From positions 347,144 through 391,103 of the forward strand of contig JAQGDQ010002378.1 in the NCBI GenBank assembly GCA_030141605.1: DNA of 43,960 nucleotides, written 5' to 3'. Source of the stretch: Tubiluchus corallicola (taxonomy: Eukaryota > Animalia > Priapulida). The notes under the pieces are model-generated. The model was not told the origin of the DNA and did not search any database. It saw only the letters and a program-made list of their open reading frames with translations. Positions 26,401-38,767 of the stretch are shown piece after piece; position 1 is the first letter of the stretch; the number at the start of each line of letters is the position of its first letter. Position numbers and translations under genes: made by a program.

Positions 26401-29289
26401 GAGTAGCTTAGTCTGGTGTACACTTGCATGATCGTGTGACCTACATTGTCTGCTATGTCAGTTCAGTAACTTCAGTTGTTTTACATAACCAGGCGAAAGT
26501 TTAAACCCTTTCACATTTCCAGCAACTGATGATGATCGCGAAAAGGTCAAAGGTTAAGTGTACCACATAAATGCGTCTTAACTGCAATTGTCACGTGATA
26601 TGTGGGCAATGCAAAACATCAGTTAGTAAAGTCCGTTGTTTTATGTGGACTTTAATTAATTGTGCATTAGTGTGTGCGTAGGATGATTTACTAGGAAGAT
26701 CTTGCTTAGGAACAAGGAAAAGCAAACTAGGTAAGGGTCTAGCTAGCTGTTAAAACTTTTACTATTACAACAAGATAGGCTGCAAGGCATTGTCAAGTGT
26801 ACACAAATGCGTTGTCTGGTACCTTTGACCTTTTCGCGATCATCGTCAATCGCTGGAACTGTGAAGAGGCTTATTAAAATCGAACTCGCCAAGCTGTAAA
26901 TTTCAACGTCTAAAATGAACCTACAAGATACTAACCATTTGTACGGTAAACCTCTAATGCCCAGTTACCACCACACGTAGAACAAGACTTGTCATATAAA
27001 TTACATGTTTCATGCTGGCTGCCACACTTGAGGTTGCAGGGGTTCCTTGCGGGCAGGTATCGTCCATAAATATTCCCACAATAGCAATCTGTTCCATTTT
27101 CCAAACCAGCATAAGCATAATTAAGCTCTGAACAATGTTCAATACACTTGTCTGGGGTGACGTTAGTCATTCTAGCCTTATATGGCATGTCTCTCTCTCC
27201 ACTGTGTGGCTGCTGTGCAAGAGGGTCTTTATCTTCCCAGCAGCCTAAAGCATCTGATGTAACTGCAAAATCTGGAAAATATATGAGAAATAATAAGATG
27301 ATTATAGTAGACGTGTAACCTAGCCACTGGGGGGGGGGGGCAAGCTAGCCCAACTCAGTGCCGGTCCCAAGCCCGGATAAATAGGGAGGGTTAGGGTCAG
27401 GAAGGGCATCCGCCTGTAAAAACTGCGCCAAAACCTTTTTATGAATGAGGGAAGAACATAAATGAAGAGATGGTCAACAAAAGGAATGCATGGAGAAGAC
27501 TTATTCACAACGGCGACCCCGCATAGGGAAAAGCTGGGAAGAAGAAGACGATAGTAGACGGTACATTATCCAATAAACTAATTATCAAATCATTGTGGGC
27601 TAGAAAATTACCATGAGGGATGAAAGTTCTCTATCAGACTGTGAATTTCAATCGAACCGCATCGAATTTTTGACTTGTAAGCTCAAAACTTGTAAACTAA
27701 ATTTTGAATTCAATCTTGAAATTCTTTAAGATCTTGTATTCAGTCTTAAAGCAAAACTGGAGCGAATCTCAAACTGCAGGTCAAAACAATATACTCTTTA
27801 AAATATTGAAAGAAAACATGCAATTTTCACAACTAGCTCTTCGCTGTTACATGCATTTCGCATTTCGCTGATTAGACAGGCACTAGCGCCTACATTTCGG
27901 AAATGCACTGCATATAAAATCGGTGCTGTACCTGTCAGTGCAGATGTGCTAGTTTGTGACGATTTGCACATGTTCAACGGCTCATGCGGCACATGTTCAA
28001 CAGCACAGATTTGGTAAATTTGAAATTCGAGTTTTTTTTAAAACTTGTCTAGTTTTAAAACAATCTTCCTTTAAACATTTACGAATCCTTAACAAAAAGC
28101 AGTGTTACAAAGATAATGCATATTACTTGATTTTGTTCTGCAGCAAAAACACTATTAATTTGTTTAAAAATTGTGCACAGAAACAGCGCTGATTGCATAA
28201 TTTTTCAAATGTTTTTTTTCATACATTGTTATTACTAATGTTGTCATTGTTGCTAAACCACTGCTGTTGTAAGCACATCTGTCTAAAGGAAAATGGCTAC
28301 CAACGTCACCACAGAAACACTATCACCACCAATGCTAAACTAACTATAACAATAAGCCTTTTCACAGTTCCAGCGACTGACGATGATCGCGAAAAAGTCA
28401 AAGTGTACCAGACAACGCATTTGTTTACATGTAACAATGCTTCGCAGCCCATGCTGATGTAATAGTAACAGTTTTAACAGCTAGCTAGAACCTTACTTAG
28501 TTCATTTTTCTTGTTCCCAAGCAAGATTCTGCTAGTAAATCATTGAATGCACAGACTAATGCATGATTAAGTAAAGTCGATATTAAACAACAGAATTTAC
28601 TGAATCGATGTGACAGACGGCTTTGCTTTAACCAAATGTTACACGATGGTAGTACTTAAGACGCGTCACTACGGTACACTCAAACTTAGACCTACAGCAA
28701 CTGCGCGTGTGCACAACGAAACTGTGAAAAGGTTTATTACATTACATAATAAGCAATACTCACTTTCAGTAGCATAAACAGACACCGCATTTTTCCCCGG
28801 ACAAGTCCCAGTTGCTGTCTTTGTACAACTTGCACAACTCAACGAAAACTTGTCGAACGGAAACCCGTTTCCGCAAAGACACTCGTACGCGTCGGTCAGC
28901 GGCGAAGAATAGATGCTGCCGAAGAAATAACCTTTATCTCTGCATATTGCTAGACAATCATTATCTAAGGTAGTCGACTGTTGTTCTAATGAAGCCGTAA
29001 CTGGGAAATATATCTCCGGTTTAAAGTATACGAAACATCCTTGATATTCGTGAGGCGCTAAAATCAGAATCAATTTTTATACATCAAAATGAAATTTATT
29101 ACCACCTGGTTTTGAACATGATTGTGAGTTATGAAGCAGGGGCGTATCAAACTTCACGATGCCCTAAGCTGATAGATAAGTACCGCCCAACTGTCATAGC
29201 GAATTTATGATTATATGCCAAACAGATGAAGTAATTACTTGTGGTGTATTAGTAATACTATTAACCTAGTTTCTACATGATCAGTGTTA

Positions 29290-29388
<99 letters not shown>

Positions 29389-32300
29389 ATTAAGTAAAAT
29401 TTCTGCAAAAGACATGCTAAGACACCTTCTTGATGTTAGCATAATAAATGTTAGGTTACAAAAATGATGCAAGACAAATACTACGCCATAAGTAATGAAG
29501 CAAATCTCTAACCTCCCGTATCATATACTGCATAAGCATATGCATCTCCACCACAGAAACCATCATTTCCGCCCGGACATTTGGAACACGGCTCAGATTG
29601 AGCGCCTATGATAGACGATGGAAGGAAGCCACAATCCGCAGCCGTAACGGCTCTTGCCGTCCCCACGGTATCGTCGCAGTGACAGATGTAACTTTCGGTG
29701 TAGTTGAAAGTACTTTTTTCCATCAGTGCAAAACTGCCGAGAGATTGCGACGTTTTGCTAAATGCCCGGCACTGAGCGATGCACTCGTAAGCGGTTAAAT
29801 TCACATTGGTAAACGACTTTGCAAACGTGACGTCGACGGGAAGCATCCAGCATCCCCTGTAGTCATGGCGAGCTCTTTTCCACACTAAACATAACAAATT
29901 ATTGTAAAGCGTAACGAAAACGGGGAAAAAGCAAAGTCAGCAGCAGCAGTTTTTACTGAATTAAAGTTATAAGGTTATAGGCAGAGTATAATGGATGACG
30001 TCACAACAATGGCTTTGTGTCAGCTGTTTTCCAAGCGAAAATTGCCAAAAATGGAACCTCTAATTAACTCATCACAGCTTCAAAGGGTGGAGACGTCCTA
30101 AAATACAGACCTCATCATCGAGTAGCCCCGTTCCTCCTCTTTCTAAACAGCTATATATCTTCTTCCGAGAGTCCCACCAGGCGCCGCTAGAACGTTTTTT
30201 CTACAGGCTGTTTGACCAAAATTTCGAAAAAATCGGCAATTGGGTCCAGGAAAGCGTCCGTTACGGGAAGCCGTGGCCCTCCTGCAAATTCTAAATATTC
30301 CTACTACACCCACTAGCACCATCTTCGACCTGTTCCCGTTCTTCAGAAATAAGAGGTATAATTTTTGCAAAAAAACGGCCGAAAATGGCCATTTTTGGAG
30401 GTTTTTCGCCCCCAGTTCCTCCCAGTGGGCCTGATTAGAAAAATAAACCCCCAATGGCACGACACTAGATCGAGGGCTTTCGTTTGACATATAGATTGCT
30501 GCAAATGGTGCCGCTGTCGGAGCTGTAGCCTCGAATGCTATATATATATATATATATAGATATGTAACATACCAACAAAATTAATATATACGATAATCAA
30601 CAGTCATCAAACTCTTGAAGAATTTTGCACCCTCTCACCCGGGGACAATTGCACCCTCTCACCCAGGGACGATTGCACCCTGTCGTCCACACTTTACTAT
30701 GCTATGCCTCTGACACGAAGCATTTTGCGTCAAAATTAAAAATCAATATTGCTCACCAGAATAAACTCTCTGAACGCTACTATAGCCTGTTACGTTTGAC
30801 CCGCACAGGTCCAAATAATTACTACGGCCGGTAAAAGCTCCGGCACAAGTAGCGCAGTACATTTGCTCATGCACTGTCTGAGGTGATACGCATCCTGTAC
30901 ATGTGCATTCATCGTGGTTGCTTAATACAGCAATATCTTCACCTGAAAGGTAAAAAAATTAAGAGCACGAACTAAAGGCAAAAAATAGACCATTAAGCTC
31001 AACTCAGCAGCATTAGATATTTTCAGATTAGCTTTTTGCTTCCTGCTTAAAGGGAAAGAAAAGGCTGTTTTAAATTACAGCAGTTCCTCGTTTAATGACT
31101 CCCCATTTAGCGACGTTTCATATTACCGACACTGCACATGTGACACCTCTTTTTCACTTAACGACGCAATGGTTCATTTTAATGATGTTTTTTTTACTTT
31201 GCTGAAAACCAATTTTCATTTTATCAACAACTTAAACAACATATTTGCTTATTTTGAAGCATTAGACTGACATATATTGCATTATCCTGGTTTAAAAGTG
31301 CATTAATAACACAAACTGAGCAATTATTATACATGTTTTTGCTTCCCGACTGACTACTATACTAGCTGCTGTTTCTATCAAGTGAGACCTGTGAACAAAC
31401 TTTGTGCGCTGGAATTCTACTTGCAACCTGTTACTATAGCAACCAGCAACTAGTAAATGAAAGTGTTGTGGTATGATAAAATTTCCAAGGCTACTGCAAA
31501 TAAGAACAATTACGGATGTGTAGCAATGCGTTCACAACGCGTACCGACAGTGTGAACAATTAGTATCATTTTCTAAACGACCGTAAAGGTCGAAGCTCTA
31601 AAATCTGCCAAAAAAGTCACACTTTTTGAACTGCTTTGGTTGCTTCTAAAGCTACGAGTTACAGTATTATTTAGTTAATAAACACGTCATACCCAATTCA
31701 TAGCAAAAATGGATGCACATTGTAGCTGTCATAGACGTTCGTCTTATTACAATAGAATTCGGGAATTCCTGAGCCACCTTGAGGCAACCGGTTAGAAGTT
31801 CCCCTCCCGGAACCAGCACTTAAACAAACAAAAGTTCAAAAATTAAGTTTGAGATTAAATGACGGATACAAAATTTAAACTGTCACTTATTATTTTGTCA
31901 TTCACAGAAGACACAGTCCAATACAAAGCAAGTGATAGTAATGGCTACACTGCCATTTTGATATACTTATGCCATCACTTATGTTGAGTGTCTAGAAAAT
32001 AACTCACTACCGTGTACTCATGCTCTACTTGTGCCATATGATATCCACTCAACTGAATGCAACTCAACTCATTTCCTACTCATGCTCTACTTGTGCCATA
32101 CGATATCCACACAACTGAATGCAACGCAACTCATTTCATTCTCATGCTCTACTTGTGCCATACGATATCCACCCAACTGAATGCAACTCAACTCATTTCC
32201 TACTCATGCTTTACTTGTGCCATACGATATCCACATAACTGAATGCAACTCAACTCATTTCCTACTCATGTTCTACTTGTGCCATACGATATCCACACAA

Positions 32301-35300
32301 CTGAATGCAACACAACTCATGTTCTATTCATGCTCTACTTGTGCCATACGATATCCACACAACTGAATGCAATGCAACTCATTTCCTACTCATGCTCTAC
32401 TTGTGGCATACGATATCCACCCAACTGAACGCAACACAACTCATGTTCTACTCATGCTCTACTTGTGCCATACGATATCCACTCAACTGAATGCAACTCA
32501 ACTCATTTCCTACTCATGCTCTACTTGTGCCATACGATATCCACTCAACTGAATGCAACTCAACTCATTTCCTACTCATGCTCTACTTGTGCCATACGAT
32601 ATCCACTCAACTGAATGCAACTCAACTCATTTCCTACTCATGCTCTACTTGTGCCATGCGATATCCACACAACTGAATGCATCGCAACTCATTTCCTACT
32701 CATGCTCTACTTGTGCCATACGATATCCACACAACTGAATGCATCACAACTCATTTCCTACTCATGCTCTACTTGTGCCATACGATATCCACTCAACTGA
32801 ATGCAACTCAACTCATGTCCTACTCATGCTCTACTTGTGCCATACGATATCCACACAACTGAATGGAACACAACTCATTTTCTACTCATGCTCTACTTGT
32901 GCCATACGATATCCACACAACTGAATGCAACGCAACTCCTTTCCTACTCATGTTCTACTTGTGCCATACGATACCCACACAACTGAACGCAACGCAACTC
33001 ATTTAAAAAATGTGAAGAAGCAAAGCTTAATATGTGAATGTGTGTATATGAATGTATGCGAATGTATATCATAAAAATATACCAGTAACCCATTTTTTTA
33101 GACATTTTGTTTGTCAAACTCATTACCGGCAGTGAAGTAAACTAATTCTTACCATTTGTAGGATAAACTTGCAGAGCCAAGTCTCCACCACAAGAATCGC
33201 AAGATGCATCATACAAGTTGCATTGTTCATCCCCACTTCCACCACATTTATAGTTGCAGGGGTTTCTGGCCGGTCCGTATTGTCCGTATGTGTTTCCACA
33301 CCAGCACTCTGTCCCAGCTTGTAGGCCAGCATAAGCATAATTAAGTTCCAGGCAATGTGCCCTGCATTTATCTGGTGTCAAATCTGTGATTGTGTCATTC
33401 AAGTACGACATGTCTCTTTCTCCAGCATCTTCAGGATTTGATGCATTAGGAAATTTGTCAGCCCAACAGCCCAAGATGTCGGAGTCCATCGCAAAATCTA
33501 GAATGAGAAGATTGGAAAACAGCAAAATGATTGTTAACAAGGTTTTTTGTAGTTTCACTGTGTGCATGCGCAGTTGCTGTAGGTCAAAGGTCATGTGTAC
33601 CACAGCAGTGTCTTAACAACAACCGCACTTGAAGTGTGTGTAAAACAAAGCCGTCTGCCGGCATCAGTTCAGTAGCTTCAGTTATTTTGCTTGGTCTTCA
33701 CTTAATTATGCATTAGTCTGTGTGTAGAGTGATTTACTAGCAGGATCTTGCTTGACAACAATATAAAGCAAAACCGTCTGCCACATCAGTTCAGTAACTT
33801 CAGTTGTTTTACATGGACTTTACTTAACTATGCATTAGTCTGTGCGTAGATTGATTTACAAGCAGGATGTTGCTAACGAAAAATGAACTAGGTAAGGTTC
33901 TTGCTAGCTGTTAAAACTTTTAGTATCTCAACAGCATGGGCTGCGACGCGTTATATACAAACGCGCTGTCTGGTACAGTTAATCTTTCATCTTTTCACGA
34001 TCATCGTCAATCACTGGAACTGTGAAAAGGCTTATTCTGTTAAACAATAAGCGTAATATCTCATCACAGAGTTCATGGTGCAACATTGGTACTGATGCAA
34101 GTGGATAAATAATAGATAACAATTGTAATGTGGCATGGGTAAAGCAAAGCCGTCGGCCAGTAACTTCAGTTGTTTTACATGGACTTTACTTAACTATGCA
34201 TTAGTCTGTGCACAGAGTGATTTACTAGCAGGATCTTGCTTGGGAACAAGAAAAAATGAACTAGGTAAAGTTCTAGCTAGCTGTTGAAACTGTTACTGTT
34301 ACAATAGCAGGGGCTGTGAGGCATTGTCAAGGTGTTGTCAAGCGAACACAAATGTGTCTTTTCATCTTTTTGCGATGATTATCAATCGCAGAAACAATAA
34401 ACGGGCGTTATTAATACACATACGGAAAAGACCATGAAAAGACGTGCATGTGCACAAAACAAGGAATAGATTTTTTATAAGGTAATGCTGCATTGCTATG
34501 GATCATCACAGGTAGTCGCCGACTTACGACTACAATCGGTTCCGGCATTTTGGGTACGAAACAACTCGAACACATATGGTCAAGTGGTGCACCCTACGTG
34601 CAAAACTGTGTGAGTGTGTGTGCGTGCGTGTGCACTAGAGTTATGTCTTTGTAACTTTTTATAATATAAATGATTTCCTGTATTATCAATCGATGAACTT
34701 TTGCTTAAAAATAATGAAAATGAGTTTAATTCCATTCGGTATTTGAAAAAAGTCACCCCAACACAAAATTTATAAAATTCCATATGTGACTATATGGGAG
34801 CATTGATACTATGAGTATCTGGAGACTTCTAGAATTTTCTGTAACTAGAACTTTCTAGAACTTAGTAGAACTAGAAATCTGTAGAACTTTCTAGAACTTA
34901 GTAGAACTAGAAATCTGTAGAACTTTCCAGAACTTTCATTGTTTTGCATAAATTATTTGCACTGTGCACTAAATATGGCGTCGCCTACTGATAATTTTAT
35001 CGAAACAAATTGTGTCTTAAAACTATTTTGCTTTAAAACGGAGGAAGTTATTATTCGTTTTTTACAATGAGCTAAGTTGTTGTTGTATCGTAAAGTCAAA
35101 AACTGTTGTAAGTTGTATAGGTCGTAAGTCAGTTGATTTTTCATACACGCAAAGCAAAAGCAAATTATTACTGATGTATGCACTCATATCTCGGTTTGCC
35201 GGACAAAAGTGGGGAGACATCGGCCTGAATTTGCCAATTGTCTGCATTTACTGATACTAAGCTAATACAGGAGGCACTGTAGTATGGTAATATAGAATCG

Positions 35301-37322
35301 ATCACCTAATTGTCTCAATAATGTCTAGCACAGGCCGCTCCTATGCAAAAAGTATATAAAAACTGTCGGTAACTGACTCAAATAACTCCCGCATAATTGA
35401 CTCTATATTTTTATACACAGAGATAAACAAGTAGTTACACAGATTTAATGATGTATGTAAACAAAGTGACGGCTCGCCAACTAGCGGCCAGCTAGCGAAA
35501 CAGCGGGCTGCGGCCGTAGTAGCGAGACTTTTTTTAACAGATCAGATTATCTCCGATTCTTCTGATATGCATGAACCAAGCAAAGGTCCGGCAAACCGAG
35601 ACACGAGTGTATCGCTGCAATGCCAACGTTTAATATCAAAGCACTGAACAGTGCGCCACATCCGAAACTGACCAGTGAGGTCATACTTACTTTCAGTAGC
35701 ATACACAGACACTGTCTTTTCTCTAGGGCAAGTTCCAATTGTCGTGTTTGTGCAGCGCGTACAATTCGAGACAAACCTGTCGAACGGAAAACCATTTCCA
35801 CAAACACACTCATACGTCTGAGTCAATGGCGAGACATGGATACTACCAAATAGATAACCTTTATCTCTGCATATTGTTAGACAATCATTATCTAAGGTAG
35901 TCGACTGTTGGTCTAATGAAGCCGTAACTGGGAAGTATATCTCCGGTTTAAAGTATGCAAAACATCCTTGGTATTCGTGAGGCGCTAAAATCAGAAAACA
36001 CGTATTCAGAAATCAGAAATCAGAATACCACATATTTAAATATGTAAGATTGTTAAAACGTATGTTAAATTGTAATAGCAAACAAATACTACACGTGTGC
36101 TTGCAAACCAAAACCATCCATAAGTCAGCATAGTTAAAACAGAGTTCTGATGTATAAAAGAGCCAGCTTCCAGCAATCAACATGTTTACTGAGCGACGAT
36201 CGTTTCAAACTACTGAAACCATTATCAAAGTATAAATCAAGTCACACAATAATGATAAAAAGGACCGTCTAACTCTTAATGCGCAACTACCACTGGTAGG
36301 GGTGAGTATTCTCTACCAGAAAGCGAATTCGAATCGAATCGAATTTGTAACTTTCGAATTCGAATCGAACCGAACTTCAGTGTTTCGAATTCGAACCGAA
36401 TTCGAATTGAGATAGAATGACTTTCGAACCACCAGTAAAAATTAGTCTTACAAAGATTATGCATATCACTCGATTTTGTTCTGCAATAAAACGGCTAGTA
36501 ATTTGTTTAAAGTTGTGCGCAGAAATCACAGCTAAATTATGCTAATTGCATGATGTTTCAATCGTTTTAATGATCAGGAACATATGTGATTGAAGTGCTG
36601 AATTATTCGAATCTATAGTTTTGGATTCGGATCGAGTTCGAACTAAAAAAACTCGTTCGAATCGAATTCAAGCGTTCGAATTCGATTCGAATGTTTGAAC
36701 TCGAACGTTCGATGCTCACCCCTAACCACTGGTGGCACCTTGTCGCATTCTATCTGTTTCTGTGTTTTTGAAATTTGTTTCATCATATTCCTTGGGGTCT
36801 GTAGTGGTCCTGGTGGATTTAGTTTGTTGTCTCTTTCACATTGACATGCTGTTGGTTTCCCTTATTGTAGTTGCCACTTGTTGTAAATTGTGCAAAATGT
36901 AGAAGTTGTGTTTTATTCTTATAATGCTTATGGCTGTGGTTCTTCATTACGTAGCCCTGGATTAATTGTTTACAATGTTGTGTTCTCTTTTGGTTCTTTT
37001 GTGTTAGGCGAACATTTTGTACATTTCTCTACAATTTCTTGTACTACAACCTGGTTTACTTTGATAAGTTAAATTCTAGTCAGTTGTTTTGTAGTTTCAG
37101 TTTGTGCCTTTGTGTCATTAATGTAACATTTATTCTTTGGCTTCATTTAGAGTTTGATAATGACTTCAGTAGCCGAAACGATGGTCGGCATTATTATTTT
37201 GTTCACAGTAATTATTATCGTTGTTGTCGTCGTCGTCGTTGGTTGTTGTTGCTGTTGTTGTCGTTGTTGTTGTTGCTGTTGTTGTTGTTGTTGTTGCTTT
37301 TGTTGTCGTTGTTGGTTGCTGC

Positions 37323-37395
<73 letters not shown>

Positions 37396-37443
37396 GCTTT
37401 TGTTGTCGTTGTTGTTGTTGGTTGCTGCTGCTGCTGCTGTTGC

Positions 37444-37510
<67 letters not shown>

Positions 37511-38767
37511 ATTATTATTATTATTATTATGAGAAGAGTGCAACACAACTTCTACATTTTGCACAATTTACAACAAGTGGGAACTACAATAAGCAACTAA
37601 ATCCATCAGGACCACTACAGACCACGAGGAACATAGTCAAATTTTGCACATTACTTTGCAATTTCTTCCATTACAACCTACTTTATTTTGATAAAATAAA
37701 TTCTAATCTGTTTTTTTGTAGTTTCAGTTTGTGTCTTTGTATCACTAATGTATTATTTATTCTTATTTTTGGCTTCATTTATAGTTTGATAATGGCTTCA
37801 ATAGCCGAAACGATCGTCGCTCAATAAAAATGTAGAGTTATGACTCTTCAAAAGTAGAATGCATCAAAAATTGGACCAACAACCAATTTTTTGTTTTGTT
37901 TTTGTAAAAACAAATGATGATTATACTGCAGTTTTATCTTCTAGCATCAAATTATCAAGAAAATGTTCAATAAATACTAAAAATCTAATTTTATAACCCC
38001 TTACTCATTTTTCTGTCTAGAAACTAGTGATGCAATTCTAAAAAACTTATTTTCAAATTCTAATAATAGCTCATGGAAGCAGTCATTTTGCTTTTTCTGC
38101 TGCCAAGGCCAGATCTTTATCAGGAAGAGTCATCTATTGGATTTAAACATAACTTGTGTTTTTGCAAAGCCCGGAACAACCAACATTTGTACAGTTGCTA
38201 AGTGCTTTGTAGAAACGAGACAAAAAGCAGTGGCTAACTTTAACAATTTTCTCAAGATTATATTTTTTTGTGCATAGCCTGCACCTCAACTTCAACATGG
38301 ATTATCTCAGCTTAGAAATAACAGAGAGCGATGAGCTTGGTATCAAAATGATCCTCGTGAAATGGAGATTCAGGACGTGTGAATAACTAGAAAAGAATAA
38401 TTGCTGATTTATGGACAATGCAAGCACACATACAATGACATTACTAGCATAAAAGCGTTACCTCCCGTGTCGTACACAGCATACGCATCTACACCACAGT
38501 AACCATCATCATCACCTGGACACGTTTCACATTGCAAACCAGCTGTACCTTTCCCAGTGCCCGTGGAATCATCACAGTGGCAGACGTAGCTTTCACTACT
38601 TTTTCTCATCACCGCAAAAGCGCCGGGAGGATGAGTCGTCTTGCTGAATCCTCGGCATCGAAAGATGCATTCGTAAGCTGATTTCACATCCGGAATCGAC
38701 TTTGCAAAAGTTACGGTAGATGGGAAATTCCAACACCCTCTGTATTCATGACGAGCCGTTTTCCAAG
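12601..38767 (-). CDS. Multi-WSC-domain extracellular protein (~12 WSC-like domains, 15 exons, 5' end not established)
   Basis: Exons in transcript order: 38767-38462, 35984-35691, 33497-33153, 31818-31693, 30942-30757, 29884-29513, 29057-28764, 27271-26936, 26050-25925, 23376-23191, 21976-21662, 21388-21098, 20009-19674, 17410-17279, 12884-12601. All introns are GT-AG and phase 1, and the frame is open. WSC signature: (L/Y)GC(W/F)..MT/LTPxxCxxHC..Y(F)AGLQxGxECxCG..CxxxC..CGG..VY. Confidence 0.88.
13287..17172. repeat. 43-bp satellite, ~90 copies, intronic
   Basis: Unit GGACATGCATGAACTGTTGTATCTAGGTGTAGTGTTCAAGTTT. Confidence 0.98.
17690..17900 (+). repeat. Dispersed repeat (second copy ~35305-35500)
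   Basis: Shared CCTAATTGTCTCAA..GGCCGCTCCTATGCAAAA..GTATATAAAAACTGTC. Confidence 0.85.
18500..19625. mobile_element. TIR element whose right end is amplified into a 67-bp tandem array
   Basis: GTGTG..CATGCGACTGCAAATAATGCAATTAC at ~18500-18537 is the reverse complement of the array end at ~19586-19625. Confidence 0.6.
19140..19610. repeat. 67-bp tandem repeat, ~7 copies
   Basis: TGCCATCTAG recurs at 19147, 19214, 19281 and onward. Confidence 0.95.
19674..20009 (-). CDS. WSC gene exon A3
   Basis: EILGCWEDRD...LTPEKCKRHC..FAGLQYGTECHCG...CGGEWAMLVY; 336 nt. Confidence 0.9.
21098..21388 (-). CDS. WSC gene exon B3
   Basis: APHKYQGCFPY...VSVYATE; 291 nt. Confidence 0.85.
21662..21976 (-). CDS. 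WSC gene exon C3
   Basis: WKDSRPEYRGCW...YCGSGAGLYAVYDTG; 315 nt. Confidence 0.85.
22157..22418. repeat. Compound trinucleotide microsatellite
   Basis: TTG/CTG/GAT/GAG/GGT runs. Confidence 0.95.
22445..22630 (+). repeat. Dispersed repeat (second copy ~38230-38405)
   Basis: Shared CAGCTTAGAAATAACA..GCGATGA..TTGGTATCAAAATGATCCTCGTGAAATG. Confidence 0.85.
22802..22915 (-). pseudogene. Partial duplicate of exon D (orphan half-exon)
   Basis: HCGACGGAFTGRNNHFDRCGSKIEVQASIYRVYT followed by an intact G|GTGAG donor. The 5' half is missing and no phase-1 acceptor was found. Confidence 0.7.
23191..26050 (-). CDS. WSC gene exons E2 (26050-25925) and D2 (23376-23191)
   Basis: GCFKLVQKFPNS..MTATMCIHFCYEVG / GEDFAVLNNYDECTC..LCGSNVTGYSSVHRVYS. 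Confidence 0.85.
23455..23760. repeat. 27-bp tandem repeat, ~11 copies
   Basis: ATGGGTAACAATACAGTAACAACAACA units. Confidence 0.95.
25545..25870 (+). repeat. Dispersed repeat (second copy ~29950-30290)
   Basis: Shared TTTACTGAATTAAAGTTATAAGGTTATAGGCAGAGTA..CGTCACAACAATGGCTTTG. Confidence 0.85.
26440..26870. repeat. Dispersed repeat family (other copies ~28355-28620, ~33650-34035, ~34140-34400)
   Basis: Shared TTCACAGTTCCAGCGA..GATGATCGCGAAAA and CTAGGTAAG..CTAGCTAGCTGTT motifs in both orientations. Confidence 0.8.
26936..27271 (-). CDS. WSC gene exon A2
   Basis: DALGCWEDKD...VTPDKCIEHC..YAGLENGTDCYCG...CGGNWALEVY; 336 nt. Confidence 0.9.
27314..27550 (+). mobile_element. SINE-like non-autonomous retroelement (probably RTE-mobilised) with a 5' twister ribozyme
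   Basis: 10-bp TSD ATAGTAGACG at 27304-27313 and 27551-27560, a GAAGAAGAAG tail, no coding capacity. Confidence 0.85.
27316..27396 (+). ncRNA. Twister ribozyme (P1 type with P3 hairpin), lacking the 5' strand of P1
   Basis: TAA-CCTA ... GCCGGTCCCAAGCCCGGATAAA-TAGG-GAGGG. The core matches the rice twister as recalled (GCCGGUCCCAAGCCCGGAUAAA..GAGGG). P2 is CCTA/TAGG; P3 is ACTGGG..GGGC/GCCC..CTCAGT. Confidence 0.88.
28764..29057 (-). CDS. WSC gene exon B2
   Basis: APHEYQGCFVY...VSVYATE; 294 nt. Confidence 0.85.
29513..29884 (-). CDS. WSC gene exon C2
   Basis: WKRARHDYRGCW...FCGGDAYAYAVYDTG; 372 nt. Confidence 0.85.
30757..31818 (-). CDS. WSC gene exons E1 (31818-31693) and D1 (30942-30757), one split domain
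   Basis: GCLKVAQEFPNS..MTATMCIHFCYELG / GEDIAVLSNHDECTC..CATCAGAFTG..LCGS..RVYS. Confidence 0.85.
32015..33003. repeat. 62-bp tandem repeat, ~16 copies
   Basis: Unit CTCATGCTCTACTTGTGCCATACGATATCCACACAACTGAATGCAACTCAACTCATTTCCTA. Confidence 0.97.
33153..33497 (-). CDS. WSC gene exon A1 (canonical WSC)
   Basis: DILGCWAD...LTPDKCRAHC..YAGLQAGTECWCG...CGGDLALQVY; 345 nt. Confidence 0.9.
35691..35984 (-). CDS. WSC gene exon B1
   Basis: APHEYQGCFAY...VSVYATE; 294 nt. Confidence 0.85.
36297..36724. mobile_element. hAT-like MITE
   Basis: TIRs TAGGGGTGAG(T/C)AT, perfect 8-bp TSD ACCACTGG (36289-36296, 36725-36732), subterminal TTCGAA/ATCGA repeats. Confidence 0.9.
37210..37530. repeat. (GTT/GCT/ATT)n microsatellite
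   Basis: Direct reading. Confidence 0.95.
38462..38767 (-). CDS. WSC gene exon C1
   Basis: WKTARHEYRGCW...YCGVDAYAVYDTG; phase 1-1, 306 nt. Confidence 0.85.

Noticed and set aside
32057-32986. Series of 61-aa ORFs
   Set aside because: Artefact of the 62-bp tandem repeat.
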